Origin: Chrysomallon squamiferum | Taxonomy: Eukaryota; Animalia; Mollusca | DNA length: 64,000 nucleotides | Reading direction: 5' to 3' | Assembly: GCA_012295275.1 (NCBI GenBank) | Contig: CM022668.1 | Coordinates: 4,030,001-4,094,000 of the forward strand | Shown here: positions 1-12,084 of the stretch, piece after piece | Layout: every line of letters begins with the position of its first letter | Numbering within the stretch: position 1 is the stretch's first letter | Notes under the pieces: model-generated | What the model saw: the letters and a program-made list of their open reading frames with translations, nothing else | Database searches by the model: none | What the model was told of the DNA's origin: nothing | Translations under genes and position numbers: made by a program

Positions 1-479
1 AAGTGTGAGTTGACGACTAACAGCACAGTCGCAATACCCGCTATGATGAGCCCCGCGCTCCTTTTCGTACACCTGTGTTTGACGGTGTGTGGAAACCAGA
101 CAGACATAAACCGCTCCAGCGTGACCGCCACGAGGAGCCACGAGGAGAAGTCCAGAGTAAAATACACCAACCACACGTGCAGCTTGCACAGCACAAAATG
201 AAATTGCCGGATGTCTTTTGACAAGACAACACGAAGCCACTGTCGTAGTAGTCCGGTCTGGAGAACGAGGATGTCGGTGATGGCGAGCACAGAGAGGTAG
301 ATGGAAACTGTCGACTGCCGCATGGACTTTCGGGTCAAAACGATGATCGACAAGATGTTGCCCATAGTTCCCAAGACAATAAGAGCAGGTGAAGCAACTT
401 TCCATAACATGTCTGAGACTTTGAATTCCATATAGTCTGTGTAACTACGTGTCTCAGTCGTTGACGTTGTCGTATTCAT
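1..479 (-). CDS. Class A GPCR, FMRFamide-receptor-like/orphan peptide-receptor group; 5' part only (TM1-TM4), continues beyond the window start
   Basis: Manual translation of the minus strand from ATG at 479 is open to the window edge: MNTTTSTTETRSYTDYMEFKVSDMLWKVASPALIVLGTMGNILSIIVLTRKSMRQSTVSIYLSVLAITDILVL...LCKLHVWLVYFTLDFSSWLLVAVTLERFMSVWFP...VVNSH. It has the TM1 GN, TM2 LAxxD, TM3 Cys, ERF (DRY equivalent) and an N-terminal NTT sequon. A splice acceptor (tttcttcag) lies 12 nt upstream, so the exon begins at 491. Confidence 0.93.
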   Translation of the reverse strand, partial: MNTTTSTTETRSYTDYMEFKVSDMLWKVASPALIVLGTMGNILSIIVLTRKSMRQSTVSIYLSVLAITDILVLQTGLLRQWLRVVLSKDIRQFHFVLCKLHVWLVYFTLDFSSWLLVAVTLERFMSVWFPHTVKHRCTKRSAGLIIAGIATVLLVVNSH

Positions 480-1339
480 CTCAACAGATAACTGAAGAAA
501 GACAACTATCAGTTCAAACTTTGAACGTAACCTACAGAGTTTGATTTTTGTTTCATTAACTAAGTTTCGCTTATATTCACGTTTTTATCTCCTGGAGAAT
601 GCAGATTGCTTTCAGACTTGACACATTTGTTTTTTGTTCTACTTCCCGTTACTGCAGATGTTTGTAGAATATGCTTAAACAAATTAATTTACAAAAGTAA
701 CCTGTTTGCTACATCTACATTTAACAAAATTGATTTTCCAGCCAGTCGTCATGAGCAACAGCCGATCAATAAAAAGATAAATATCCGAGGTGTTATTTGT
801 CGAGAACGAGGTAGATGGATTTAGTTTCAAAGAATGTAATTTGGTTTATTTGGTAACACCAGTTCCTATTTTACCCCGTAATTATCACATTTAAGAAAGA
901 AAAAAAAAAAAAAAAAAAAAAAAAAGAATCAAACAGCACTAAATAAATAAATAAATAAATAAATTTAATAAAAACATAAAACAAATTATAATAAAAGCAA
1001 ATGCGGTCTTATTTATTATTATGGTTGTTGTTGTTATTATTATTCTTGTTGTTTTTGTTGTTAAATTAATTAACTTATTTTCTTTACTTATTTTTTACAG
1101 CTTAGGAAGTATTTAAATTTGTACTTGGTCGAGTATGTCATAAGAAATAAACAGCAAATAAATAAATAAATAAAAAGTTAAAAAGAAAGAAAAACGTACA
1201 GTGACATTTATAACGTAATGAGTTTAATCATAAATTCACTGTGTTCTAATAAAATATATTATCGACCAGTTTCCACAGGTAAAAAACATAATTTCAAGTA
1301 ATCTAGTAATCTATTTTTTTTATTTTATTTTTTTATTTA

Positions 1340-1375
<36 letters not shown>

Positions 1376-2387
1376 CATTATTATTATATATGTTTTTGTC
1401 ATCATTAATGCAACCTAGTTTTTTTGATTTAAACGATGTTAAGAATGCAGTTAGAAATCAGCAACTAGAATAATAAACAAACAAACAAACAAACAAATAA
1501 AAATATAAAAAAATAAATACATAAATGACAAATACATATACAGTCATACATAAAAACAAATAAATAAGTAAATAAAAACAAGTGTTACTGAGATTTTCAG
1601 TACTTGAGAAAACCTCACAGTACTAATTCAGATCTAATCAAACGAATTATTTCACATAGACTGAAACTAGTCAACTGAATCGCGAAAATATCATTTCAAA
1701 TCGTCTACCTTTTACATCTCATACAAGATTGAGTGAAAAAACTCACAGTTGTTTAAATATAAATCTCTGAACTGAAGGATAAAATCTTTGTCTAGGTAAA
1801 AGTTGTGTGATTATTATTGTATCACACATACAGAATAAGGACAGGTATCGACAGGTATATATATATATATTATATATAATAACTATTTTTGTAGTCAGTT
1901 TAATTGATTTTCTTTTTTCTAACAGATATAATTATTTTTTCTATTTTCTGTTTTTTCCTTCTTGTTTTGATCAGTATAATTATTAGTTCTCGAATAAATA
2001 ATAATAATTCAGATAATAATAATAATAATAATAACGAACCTACCATTTTATTGTTACAACGTTACATTCATGAGAAAAGATAAATGATTATGATCCTTTT
2101 TTGTGTCAGCATGTATTATATTCTTACAAGGTGATATTTCTGTAATGGTAGTTTATGAGATTTTTTAAAACAAAATATTTCTAAAAGGACTGATGACAAT
2201 ATTTTAAAAGATGGTTATAATATTTGAAATAAGGCTACCAAGATCTTAATTTTGTTTAAATTTGTTATTAAAATATTTGTATTTTTTTGTAAAACAGTTT
2301 GTAAAACAGTCGATTCAACAAGGAAACAGTAAGGTTATTCTTCTTCTTAAAAAAAAAGTAGATTATTATTATTGTTAGTAGTAGTAT

Positions 2388-2431
<44 letters not shown>

Positions 2432-2909
2432 GCACGCACACAGGCACGCACACAGGCACGCACACACACACATCGCGTCTGTTTATTTCAGTAGTGCAGA
2501 TGAACACACGTTAACGAAGTTAAAAACGCCCGAACGACCACTGACTGAGTTCTTATTTCATTTTAAAAATGTTTAATAATGAAACAGAAACTGAGTTCAA
2601 AGCCAACTACAACATGAATGAAAATTTGGACAGAAAACTGAAACACATCAGACTGAGTTCAAAGTAATAATGGACAGCTGATTGGAATAACGCGACGTAA
2701 AACAGCAGAAAATATGTTTTACTGACTAGAAACAATTCTTTTCAATTCTTTCTTTTCTTCTTCTTTTTTTTTTTTTATCCATTGTATAATTATCATTGGA
2801 TAATTATTTATTTTTAGTCTCGAAAGAAATAATTAATCACAAATAATTAGGAGATAACTAAAAACTGAAATACTACTACTGCTGCTGCTACTGCTACTAC
2901 TGCTACTAT

Positions 2910-2962
<53 letters not shown>

Positions 2963-3196
2963 AAATCACAATAATAAAAAACAAAATAAGAAAGACTGAG
3001 AGACAGAGAACGAGAGACAGATATGTGTATATGTGTGTTTATGTTTATAGATGTTTTTTACACATGGGAGATAACTGTTTACAGATTACATTTCTGTACG
3101 GTGCTACTTACTTCCCCATTATATAAATAAATTGTATGTGAGAGGCAGACTGCTTGTGTATGTGTATGTATAAAAACGAGAGAGATAATGTGTGGG

Positions 3197-3288
<92 letters not shown>

Positions 3289-6242
3289 TGTATGCTATTT
3301 ATAAGTGAGGAAATTAACAGTAAATTCACCATTCTAGCGTGTATGTGACTGTGTGTGTTCGTACGTTTGCATATATGGGTGTGTGTGTGTGTGTACAAAA
3401 AAAAATATGTATATATATATTTATATATATACATATATACATAGGCACATAGGTACAACAGAATAACATGACGATGATAATGCTACGGATGATTATAATA
3501 ACGACGAGTATGAAACAAATATCAACAAATAGTAATTAATATCTTCAATATGGTCGTTGTCAAGAACAAGAAAAGCATGTTGGTAATGTTGTCAATGTTT
3601 ATGAAGTAAAGAACTTTTCATGTCCTTTGTGTGAGACATCTGTATCACTGGATGAGAAATAATAACTCTAGTTTTGTAACAAGATATCTTGTGTTTTTTA
3701 ACGACAGCGGATGTGACTCATCAGTGGACACGGCTGTTGGGAGACTTGTTTTTCTAAAACTACCTTACTGCAGCGCGTTTTCCCTCACTCGTTATAGACG
3801 TGATGATGTTAAAATGTGTATAAAATAAATCTTCCTGCTCAGCTACCAGCGTCCTTGATGTGGTGGCAACGAGTTTTCTCTCTGATGTCTCCAATGACAG
3901 CCTATTGAAATGTCTTAAACAAATATCTATTACTTCATTCATACATTATCAGTTCAACTGTCTCCGTGACTAATTCACAACCAGACGTATGAAAGGAAAT
4001 ATTAATAACTTGTTTAATGTCAAAGTTTAAAAACAAACTCGTTTCTATGGTAATATAATTACCGTTGCTTTACAGAAGACCATCAATGCGAGATCTACGT
4101 TTTTTTTTTTACTGTAATCGTTTTTTTTTTTTTTACAGAAAGTAGACCCGCGAGACTTACATAATACTGAAGACTATACATGCCTGTCTATTATAATATT
4201 TTACAAACAGAAATAACTGCTTTATTTGTTTATGTCGAATAACGTTTCTTTTACTTGATAGTTCAAAGACTAAACCCTTTAAATCTCTTTTTGTCCGCAA
4301 TTTATATTCCATGTGTTCTTTTCAATGTTTTTAACGTCTAGGAAGTTCATATTTCAGAAAATTAGTGATTTAACTTTTGAATACTGGATTTTTAATTTGT
4401 AACGTGAGTTATTGTTTTATCTTTAGAGTTGAAGATGGTTAAACTAACATCAAGAGTTGAAATTTATCACAGTATAATGATTTCCATGGCACAACGTGAT
4501 GTACATAAATTATAAATGACTCCGCCCCTACCTACCCCACACTTCTACAGGTCTGCTACATAATACAGTTCTGACTCATTCTAATCTGATTAAATATTGA
4601 GATGACTCATATCTCGGTGTACTCTATTCAGACAAATGCTGGCTGATTCCTTATTTTTGTTCTAAGTCCGTCCGTTTGTTTGTTTCTTCGTCTATTGAAA
4701 CTGTTTTGAATTAAATCAGTTTTAATTAAGGCTTTTTAGAAATAGCAGGCACTTTGTAGTTTTGCGTTAATTACACAGAAGAGAAAAATGCAAAAGTGAC
4801 TTTCCTCAAAACAAATTAAATTTGATCGGCTTCTTGCTTTGAACAGATGTGTGAAAGTGTTCAGCAATTAAAGTAAATGAGTTGAAATGCAAAGTTTGAA
4901 CGAGCGACTGGTAACAAGTTTTAGTTAATAACTGCTGTTGTCTAACAACTGATGTCGACACTGAACTTTATTTAAGAAAACGTAGACAGAAAAATAAATA
5001 AATAAATAATAACAATGATGATGATGACTATGTGATGATGATGATGATGATAGTTGTTTGGGTTTTTATAAATATTTTTCAATGTTATTATCAAGATGTG
5101 GTAAGTAAATGTCATCTAGAAAAACAGCAAAAACAACACACGAAAATAACCGTTTTTTCTTGAGTATTCTTTATGTATAAACAGGTAAATGAAAATATTT
5201 CAATGTTCAGTTGTGAACAATTTCTATTTTATTTATTTATTTATTTATTTACTTACTTATTTGTGTATGTTTAAAGAAACATATAATTTATGTTTTTATT
5301 TGTACAGTTGAATGTGTCAAATTATTAAAGACTTGGTCAGTTTTACAGTGAGAGTGTAATTTTCTCTATACTAAAATGTGTATATTAACTTATTTCATTT
5401 GTGAACTAACAGCTAGCTGTAATTATTTCACTTTGTGTTTTGTCTGTTAACGCCTTTCTGTGAACCTCATCTTTCTGATTCCTTTTAGAAAACCAAACTG
5501 AACAGTTCGAAAGATTTCCAAACGAAGCAGTTTTGAATGAATTTTATTTAACTGTCAGAAAACGAGTAGGTAGTTGTTAGGAAAGCAGATATAAAGATTT
5601 TTGAATTCGATGAGAGAAACACGCTCTGGTGTCGTTCAGAAAGTGTGATTGTAACACAACAGCTCATTCAGATCATCGTGTTGTTACTCATTGGTGTTTA
5701 TGATGAACATAAGCCTAAGTAAAAACTAACGTGAAAAAAGTGTTTTGTGCTATTTTTGAGTTGTTAAAGCAGAGGTTATGTCGTGGATCCTAAATTTTTA
5801 ACTTGCTATCTGATCTCATACTTAAAATATAATTATTAATGTTACGTTGAGACTTCGTTGAACAAAAGATAATTCATGTATGTTTCTCTCATTAAAAAAG
5901 AGATAAATATAAAAATAAAATAAAAATAAATAACTAAATAAATAAATAAATAATATTAAATAAAATAAGATAATAATAATAAAAAAATAAAGAAATAAAA
6001 ACAAACAACACCAATAAGAAAAAAAAAAAAAAAAAAGCAGATGAAAACAACGATGTATTATGTTTCAGAATACATTAAACTGTTTTGTATCTGTTTCATG
6101 TAAGTCATCAATCGATTCCAACGTGAAAGCAACACACACTCTGTACTACATCTGACTTCTTGTTTGTACAACCTGAATCTAGAAATATCGTAACAAAAAC
6201 GCCTTTATACATTTATATGGTGTATACACACACGCAAACACA

Positions 6243-6303
<61 letters not shown>

Positions 6304-7103
6304 TCACCATCTAGTATGAGAGATCAAACTCCTTTAGCTAGATTTGTTTTGAAACGTTTGTGTGTGTGTATGAATGTGTTTGTGTGTGTTTGAATGTGAT
6401 TGTGTGTGTATGAATGTGTTTGTGTCTGTATGTATGAGTGTGTTTGTGAGTATGAGTGTGTGTTTGTATGTGTATGAGTGTTTGTGTGTGTGTATGAGTG
6501 TGTTTGTCTGAATGTGTATGAGTGTGTTTGTGTGTGTACGAGTGTGTTTGTCTGTGCATGTATGTGTTTGTGTGTATATGAGTATTTGTGTATGTATGAA
6601 TGTGTTTGTGTGTATGTATGAGTGTGTTGGTGTGTGTGTGAGTGTGTATGAATGTTTGTGTGTTTGTGTGTGTGTGAGTGTGTATGAATGTTTGTGTGTT
6701 TGTGTGTCTGAGTGTATCAGTGTGTGTGTATGTGTGTTTGTGTGTGTATATGGTTGTTTATTTATTCAGATCAAAATGTTAAATTCATGATATAAAATTA
6801 CATTATCATCATCATCAAAGACAGAAGAAAGAGGAAGTCATTAAAAAGAGTAAATTATGTGTAACATTAAAACTTTTGTGGTCAGCTTGACAATACACGG
6901 AGAAAGCATGATAGATTATTATATCTAACTGAAGTGGGTTTTTTTTTGGTGTTTTTTCACTTGAAAATTGTCAACATTGCATTCACCTAAAGCAAAACAG
7001 GAAATTCGAGTTTTTCTAGAACAAGCAGAATACGTGATAATGAAATTAATCAAAACTCGTTAATAAGAAATAGACGTGTACATGCATATAAATACATTTC
7101 TAG

Positions 7104-7186
<83 letters not shown>

Positions 7187-7328
7187 TTAAAAGATGGATA
7201 CTCAAAAATTATTTTGACAAGCACATGTTACAGAACACGTAGTATTAATAACAGTGTAGTAGAGCAGTGACAGATGTATTTTTAATAGATGAGAGAAAGT
7301 TTATTGTGTATGGTATATCTATCTATAT

Positions 7329-7380
<52 letters not shown>

Positions 7381-7859
7381 GTGTGTAGACCCCCCAGGAC
7401 GTATTACGAATAATTTATTTAATACCGGTGTCATATACACGATTATCCAATTTTACAGGTTAATCTGAATTAAACACGCTTAGAGTTGTTTACAGAGACA
7501 CGTTAGAATGACTAATTCACAGCAGGAGCTTCATTCCAAGTAAGTGATAAACATCGATTATTCGAGGCGAAAGCTCATAATTTTCTTAAACGTTTTATGT
7601 CTGACAGTTACAGTGGCAAAGATGGCAATACTAGATTCTCTCCACCACAAGTTCTGTCTTCCTGTTAAACGAAAAAAAAAAAAAAAAAAAAAAATAATAA
7701 AATTCTCCTCTGAGACTTAGATCATCTTGGCCTGTTCCTTATATTTGCTCTGTAAAAATATTCCTTAGATTTGCTTTCTAGAATTGTTCATTTGGTTAAT
7801 TTCAACAAACATTCTTTATGTACATAATCAAAAAATCTACTACAACTTTTATCACATTT

Positions 7860-8362
7860 ATATTCTAGAATAACTTTTGTGACATAATTGAGTATACCAT
7901 TCTAGAACAGTTTTATGACGTATATGAGTACATTATAATCCAGAACACTTTAATAACTTTAATAAACACTGTATTCTAGAACAGTTCAATGAAGTGTGAG
8001 TACCCAGTGTATACTAGAATAATTCAATGACGTATGAATATACCCTGTTTTCTAGAACAGTTCAATGACGTGTGAGTATACACTGTATTCTAGAACAGTT
8101 AAATGACGTGTGAGTATACACTGTATTCTAGAACAGTTCAATGACGTGTGAGTATACACTGTATTCTAGAACAGTTAAATGACATGTGAGTATACACTGT
8201 ATTCTAGAACAGTTAAATGACGTGTGAGTATACACTGTATTCTAGAACAGTTAAATGACGTGTGAGTATACACTGTATTCTAGAACAGTTCAATGACGTG
8301 TGCGTATATATTATTTTCTAGAATAGTTCAATGACATATGAGTATATAGAGTATTCAAGAAC
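7860..8362. repeat. 38-bp minisatellite, ~13 copies
   Basis: Unit CTAGAACAGTT(C/A)AATGACGTGTGAGTATACACTGTATT. Near-identical copies at ~8050-8300, degenerate at both edges. Confidence 0.92.
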
Positions 8363-9110
8363 ATGGACAAGTTTCATAATTCACAAACTGGCATCCTCTA
8401 GTAACTACTAACATATAAAACAGTCGCAAGGTGTTGGTACGGGAGAACTGTATTATCTTGATGATCTAACAACACTCTAACCAGTGGACTAATCAGCTCT
8501 GTTGGTCGCAAGTACATTGCTGTCGATAATGCTCAGTATTTCTCTAAAAAGAGATACTGCGCGACATGTTTGTGAAACCTGATGCCTGAGTAATGAGAAA
8601 ATATTTTTAATAACTCACAGAAAACAGGTTTTTTTAAGAATACCATTAACACAGGGCAGTTCAGCTGATATTTGAAGGTAACCGGCTCACGTGTTTGACA
8701 ATTAACTACAGTGGAGATATTGATTCTGTGAACAGAGTGAAATAACATCGAGAGTTACAACTGAAAACTCAGATACAGAGAAGTATATTCTAACACGACA
8801 GACAATGTTTTTAAAGTGAATAGTGACTGACTGTACACTTTCCCTGGAACTGTTTCTAGACTTTAAAACAGATCAGTTTTCTGTAACATATCCTAGCCTG
8901 CTTTATGCAGCACAATGCACTGTTTAAGTTGAATGCATTCTTACACTCTTTCATTTTACTTTTAGATTAGGTTTCGAAAATATTGTATTTATTTATAATA
9001 ATGATAACATAACAAAAACACAACAACAACAATGATAATAAAGATAATAATAATTGTTCATATTGTATATCGGTTTGTTCAAAAGCTGAGATATTCTATA
9101 TAAAATACCA

Positions 9111-9427
9111 AACTGTCTGATTTCTACACAACCACTGTCAGTAATGTGCTGACAACTGTCTGGTTTCTACACAACCACTGTCAGTAATGTGCTGACAACT
9201 GTCTGGTTTCTACACAACCACTGTCAGTAATGTGCTGACAACTGTCTGGTTTCTACACAACCACTGTCAGTAATGTGCTGACAACTGTCTGGTTTCTAGA
9301 CAACCACTGTCAGTAATGTGCTGACAACTGTCTGGTTTCTAGACAACCACTGTCAGTAATGTGCTGACAACTGTCTAGTTTCTAGTCAACCACTGTCAGT
9401 AATGTGCTGATAAACTGGTTTCTAGAC
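9111..9427. repeat. 43-bp minisatellite, ~7 copies, each with an internal hairpin
   Basis: Unit AACTGTCTGGTTTCTA(C/G)ACAACCACTGTCAGTAATGTGCTGAC. Period 43 (TTTCTAC at 9121, 9164, and so on). Confidence 0.95.
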
Positions 9428-9923
9428 GTTTCTTCTGACATTGCATTCTACCTCATTTGTAACTTTTGTTCTAAATACTATATATTGACAAGACATAATA
9501 GTTCTATTAAGAGAAAGTTTTCCATAATACCGTAATATAATCATTTTCTAGTTTCATTTACAAGTAAACTATTCAATATTTTTAATTTCTATGTTGGCTG
9601 TAATTTTTATTTCATTTATGTTTGGTGTTTTATGAAATGAACTGTATTGTAAACGATCAGATGCAAACAGAACTGTCGTAATATTAATTGTCATTAAACA
9701 GTTTAGCGTCATATCTGTTTAATTGGATATAATTATATCATTATAATCAAAAGTTAAATGAAAATAGAAAATATACATTTCAGCTGTGTGAGAGACTAAC
9801 ATTTCTAGATAAAAGGTATCAGACTGTAACATTTTAAAATCGATATACTAACATTACCAACTGGTCTTGTGATAGTTAACACTGAACATAACATTTTTCT
9901 GCAGACTGAGAAATATAAGAAAG

Positions 9924-10817
9924 ATGCTTGCATTGTTTGTAGTATTAGGTTTTGTGACAGTCATTCTAAACGTGCTTCTTTCATCACGAGGTCACTATTT
10001 TGTCCAGAATGAACAAAGTCTGAAGACGATCTACTACTCTCTGACTGAACGTGTTGTTGGGAAGAGAGGAGGTGTTGACATTTGGTATGTTGGAAATAAA
10101 AAGAAAATTATCTCTGATCCAGCTCTCAAACATTTTCTGCCGCGGATGTCGATAAACGACCAAGTTCTCATGCTTCTCACTCTCGATGTTTTTACTGAGA
10201 TGTGTGAAACGGCAAATCTGACGTATTTTCTGTGGGGTGGGTCTCTTCTGGGAGTGTACCGACACCACGGCTTTATTCCATGGGACGACGACTTGGATAT
10301 TGTTCTTGTTGTTTCCGATATCAACAAAACTCGACAAGCGCTGAAACGAAGCGAGGACTATGAGCTGTACTCTCCTGACAATTATCAGTGGAAGCTTTTC
10401 AAAAAGGATCTGCCACCTCTAGCCAGACTGAAATCATTTAAATATCTTTTTCTTGATATTTTTATCTTCGGTGAAAACTCAACTCACGTGTTTGGTTTAT
10501 TTACAAACATAAAAGATTACGTGTACAAAAAGGACGACATTTATCCACTTCAAAGTCGTATTTTCGAAAACCGAAACGTCTCAACTCCGTGCAGGATGAG
10601 CCAGCTCGTAGAACACTACAAAGTAGAGAAGTGCAAGTCACTCTGGTACCTGCACAAAGACCACGTCACCATTAAAGAGTCAACAGTCTCATGCATCACC
10701 TTACACGACGTCTTCCCTTTTGTCTTCAGAGAATATAATTCTACCCACGTTACTGAAACACTGAAACGTGGAGACGAGGTGTTACGGAAAATCACGGTAA
10801 CTAAACCATGTGTATAA
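9924..10817 (+). CDS. LicD-family (fukutin/FKRP-related) nucleotidyltransferase-fold phosphotransferase, predicted type II Golgi membrane protein, 297 aa
   Basis: N-terminal hydrophobic anchor MLALFVVLGFVTVILNVLL. LicD signature GGSLLGVYRHHGFIPWDDDLDI, third Asp in FLDIF, several N-x-S/T sequons. Acceptor tttttctgcag ends at 9904, 19 nt before the ATG. Coding sequence uninterrupted. Confidence 0.93.
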   Translation: MLALFVVLGFVTVILNVLLSSRGHYFVQNEQSLKTIYYSLTERVVGKRGGVDIWYVGNKKKIISDPALKHFLPRMSINDQVLMLLTLDVFTEMCETANLTYFLWGGSLLGVYRHHGFIPWDDDLDIVLVVSDINKTRQALKRSEDYELYSPDNYQWKLFKKDLPPLARLKSFKYLFLDIFIFGENSTHVFGLFTNIKDYVYKKDDIYPLQSRIFENRNVSTPCRMSQLVEHYKVEKCKSLWYLHKDHVTIKESTVSCITLHDVFPFVFREYNSTHVTETLKRGDEVLRKITVTKPCV

Positions 10818-11229
10818 AGAAGCAAACCAGTCCCAGACTCTCCAGCTTGATACGTTTCTCACTTTGACATCTTTATAAAGAATTCTATTATCTGTTTTAT
10901 TGCCAGCATCCTCATATTACAAAATACAGTTTGCTAATAAGCATTTCATGACAAAAGCTATGAAAGTAGTGTACGTTACATGCTGCTGAAAATGATAATT
11001 AATGTATTATTATTATTATTATTTTTAAGAATAGAAGAATTCTGTCTGTCTGCAGTAGAAGTAGCATTAGTTGTTGCTATTTTGGTGTTTGAAGTAGTAA
11101 CAGCTACGGAAGAAATATAATTATCATATTATCACAATTTATTGTCATTATTTTTCTTTCATTTTTTTATTTTTTATTTTTATCTATTTATTTAGTTAGT
11201 TAGTTGTTCTTTATCTTATTATTACCATC

Positions 11230-11323
<94 letters not shown>

Positions 11324-12084
11324 AAATTATAGAGTTTGCAGCTCTTGCAAAATGAAACAGATGTCGATATAATTCTAACTGGTTAGGTTTAACATAAAGT
11401 ATACAGTATATCGTTACTTAGTTGTTAAATAAAACAGACACACAAAGGTGTAAATCAGTGAACATTATATTTCGGAATAAATAAAAATGTAAAACATAAA
11501 TGTACTATTACAATATAAATTTTATGTAATATATATGTATTTTGTATAGTTTAGCACCGTTGAAGATTTTTATAACAAACTTACTACAAGAGTATTTTCA
11601 AATAATTTCTTATATTTGCTTCCGTGCACGTGTGCATGCAAATATGCAGAAACATTCCTACTGTGTATGTGTGTTTGCGTCTATGTGTGTGTGTGTATAT
11701 ATGTATATATAGATACATGTGTGTGTGTGTGTGTATGTGTTTATATATATATATGTGTATGTGTGTGTGTTTGTGTTTACGCTTATAAGTATGTATGGAT
11801 AAATAAATAGTTATATAAGAAACAAATAGAAGGGATTACTACCATTGTGGCTACATAATTAGGGTCCTTAATTGGTGATTAATTGCTTGAGTGATTATAA
11901 CGTTCTGCCTATATGTCATAGTTTGGTCCAGTATTGAAGACTGATTAACAAAACAGAAACAGACATGTTCTATTCATTTCTTTATTTTATTTTATTTCAT
12001 TTTTTCAATTTTCAAAAGTTGACTATATTATATTCAGTATTCATAGCAGTTCACACATTTCCTAAAGATCAAAGTTCATACTAT

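Noticed and set aside
10-232. Track ORFs 10..201 (+) and 41..232 (-)
   Set aside because: Antisense and off-frame shadows of the real minus-strand GPCR frame.
7860-9427. CRISPR-like appearance of the 38-bp and 43-bp arrays
   Set aside because: Head-to-tail repeats with no unique spacers, no cas genes and a eukaryotic context.
9924-10817. Calling the gene FKRP/FKTN, or bacterial contamination
   Set aside because: Too short for confident orthology, so no symbol is given. The splice acceptor, signal-anchor, sequons and host-like flanks argue against contamination.
9984-10825. Minus-strand ORFs of 117, 97 and 69 aa
   Set aside because: Antisense to the LicD CDS with no recognisable motifs.
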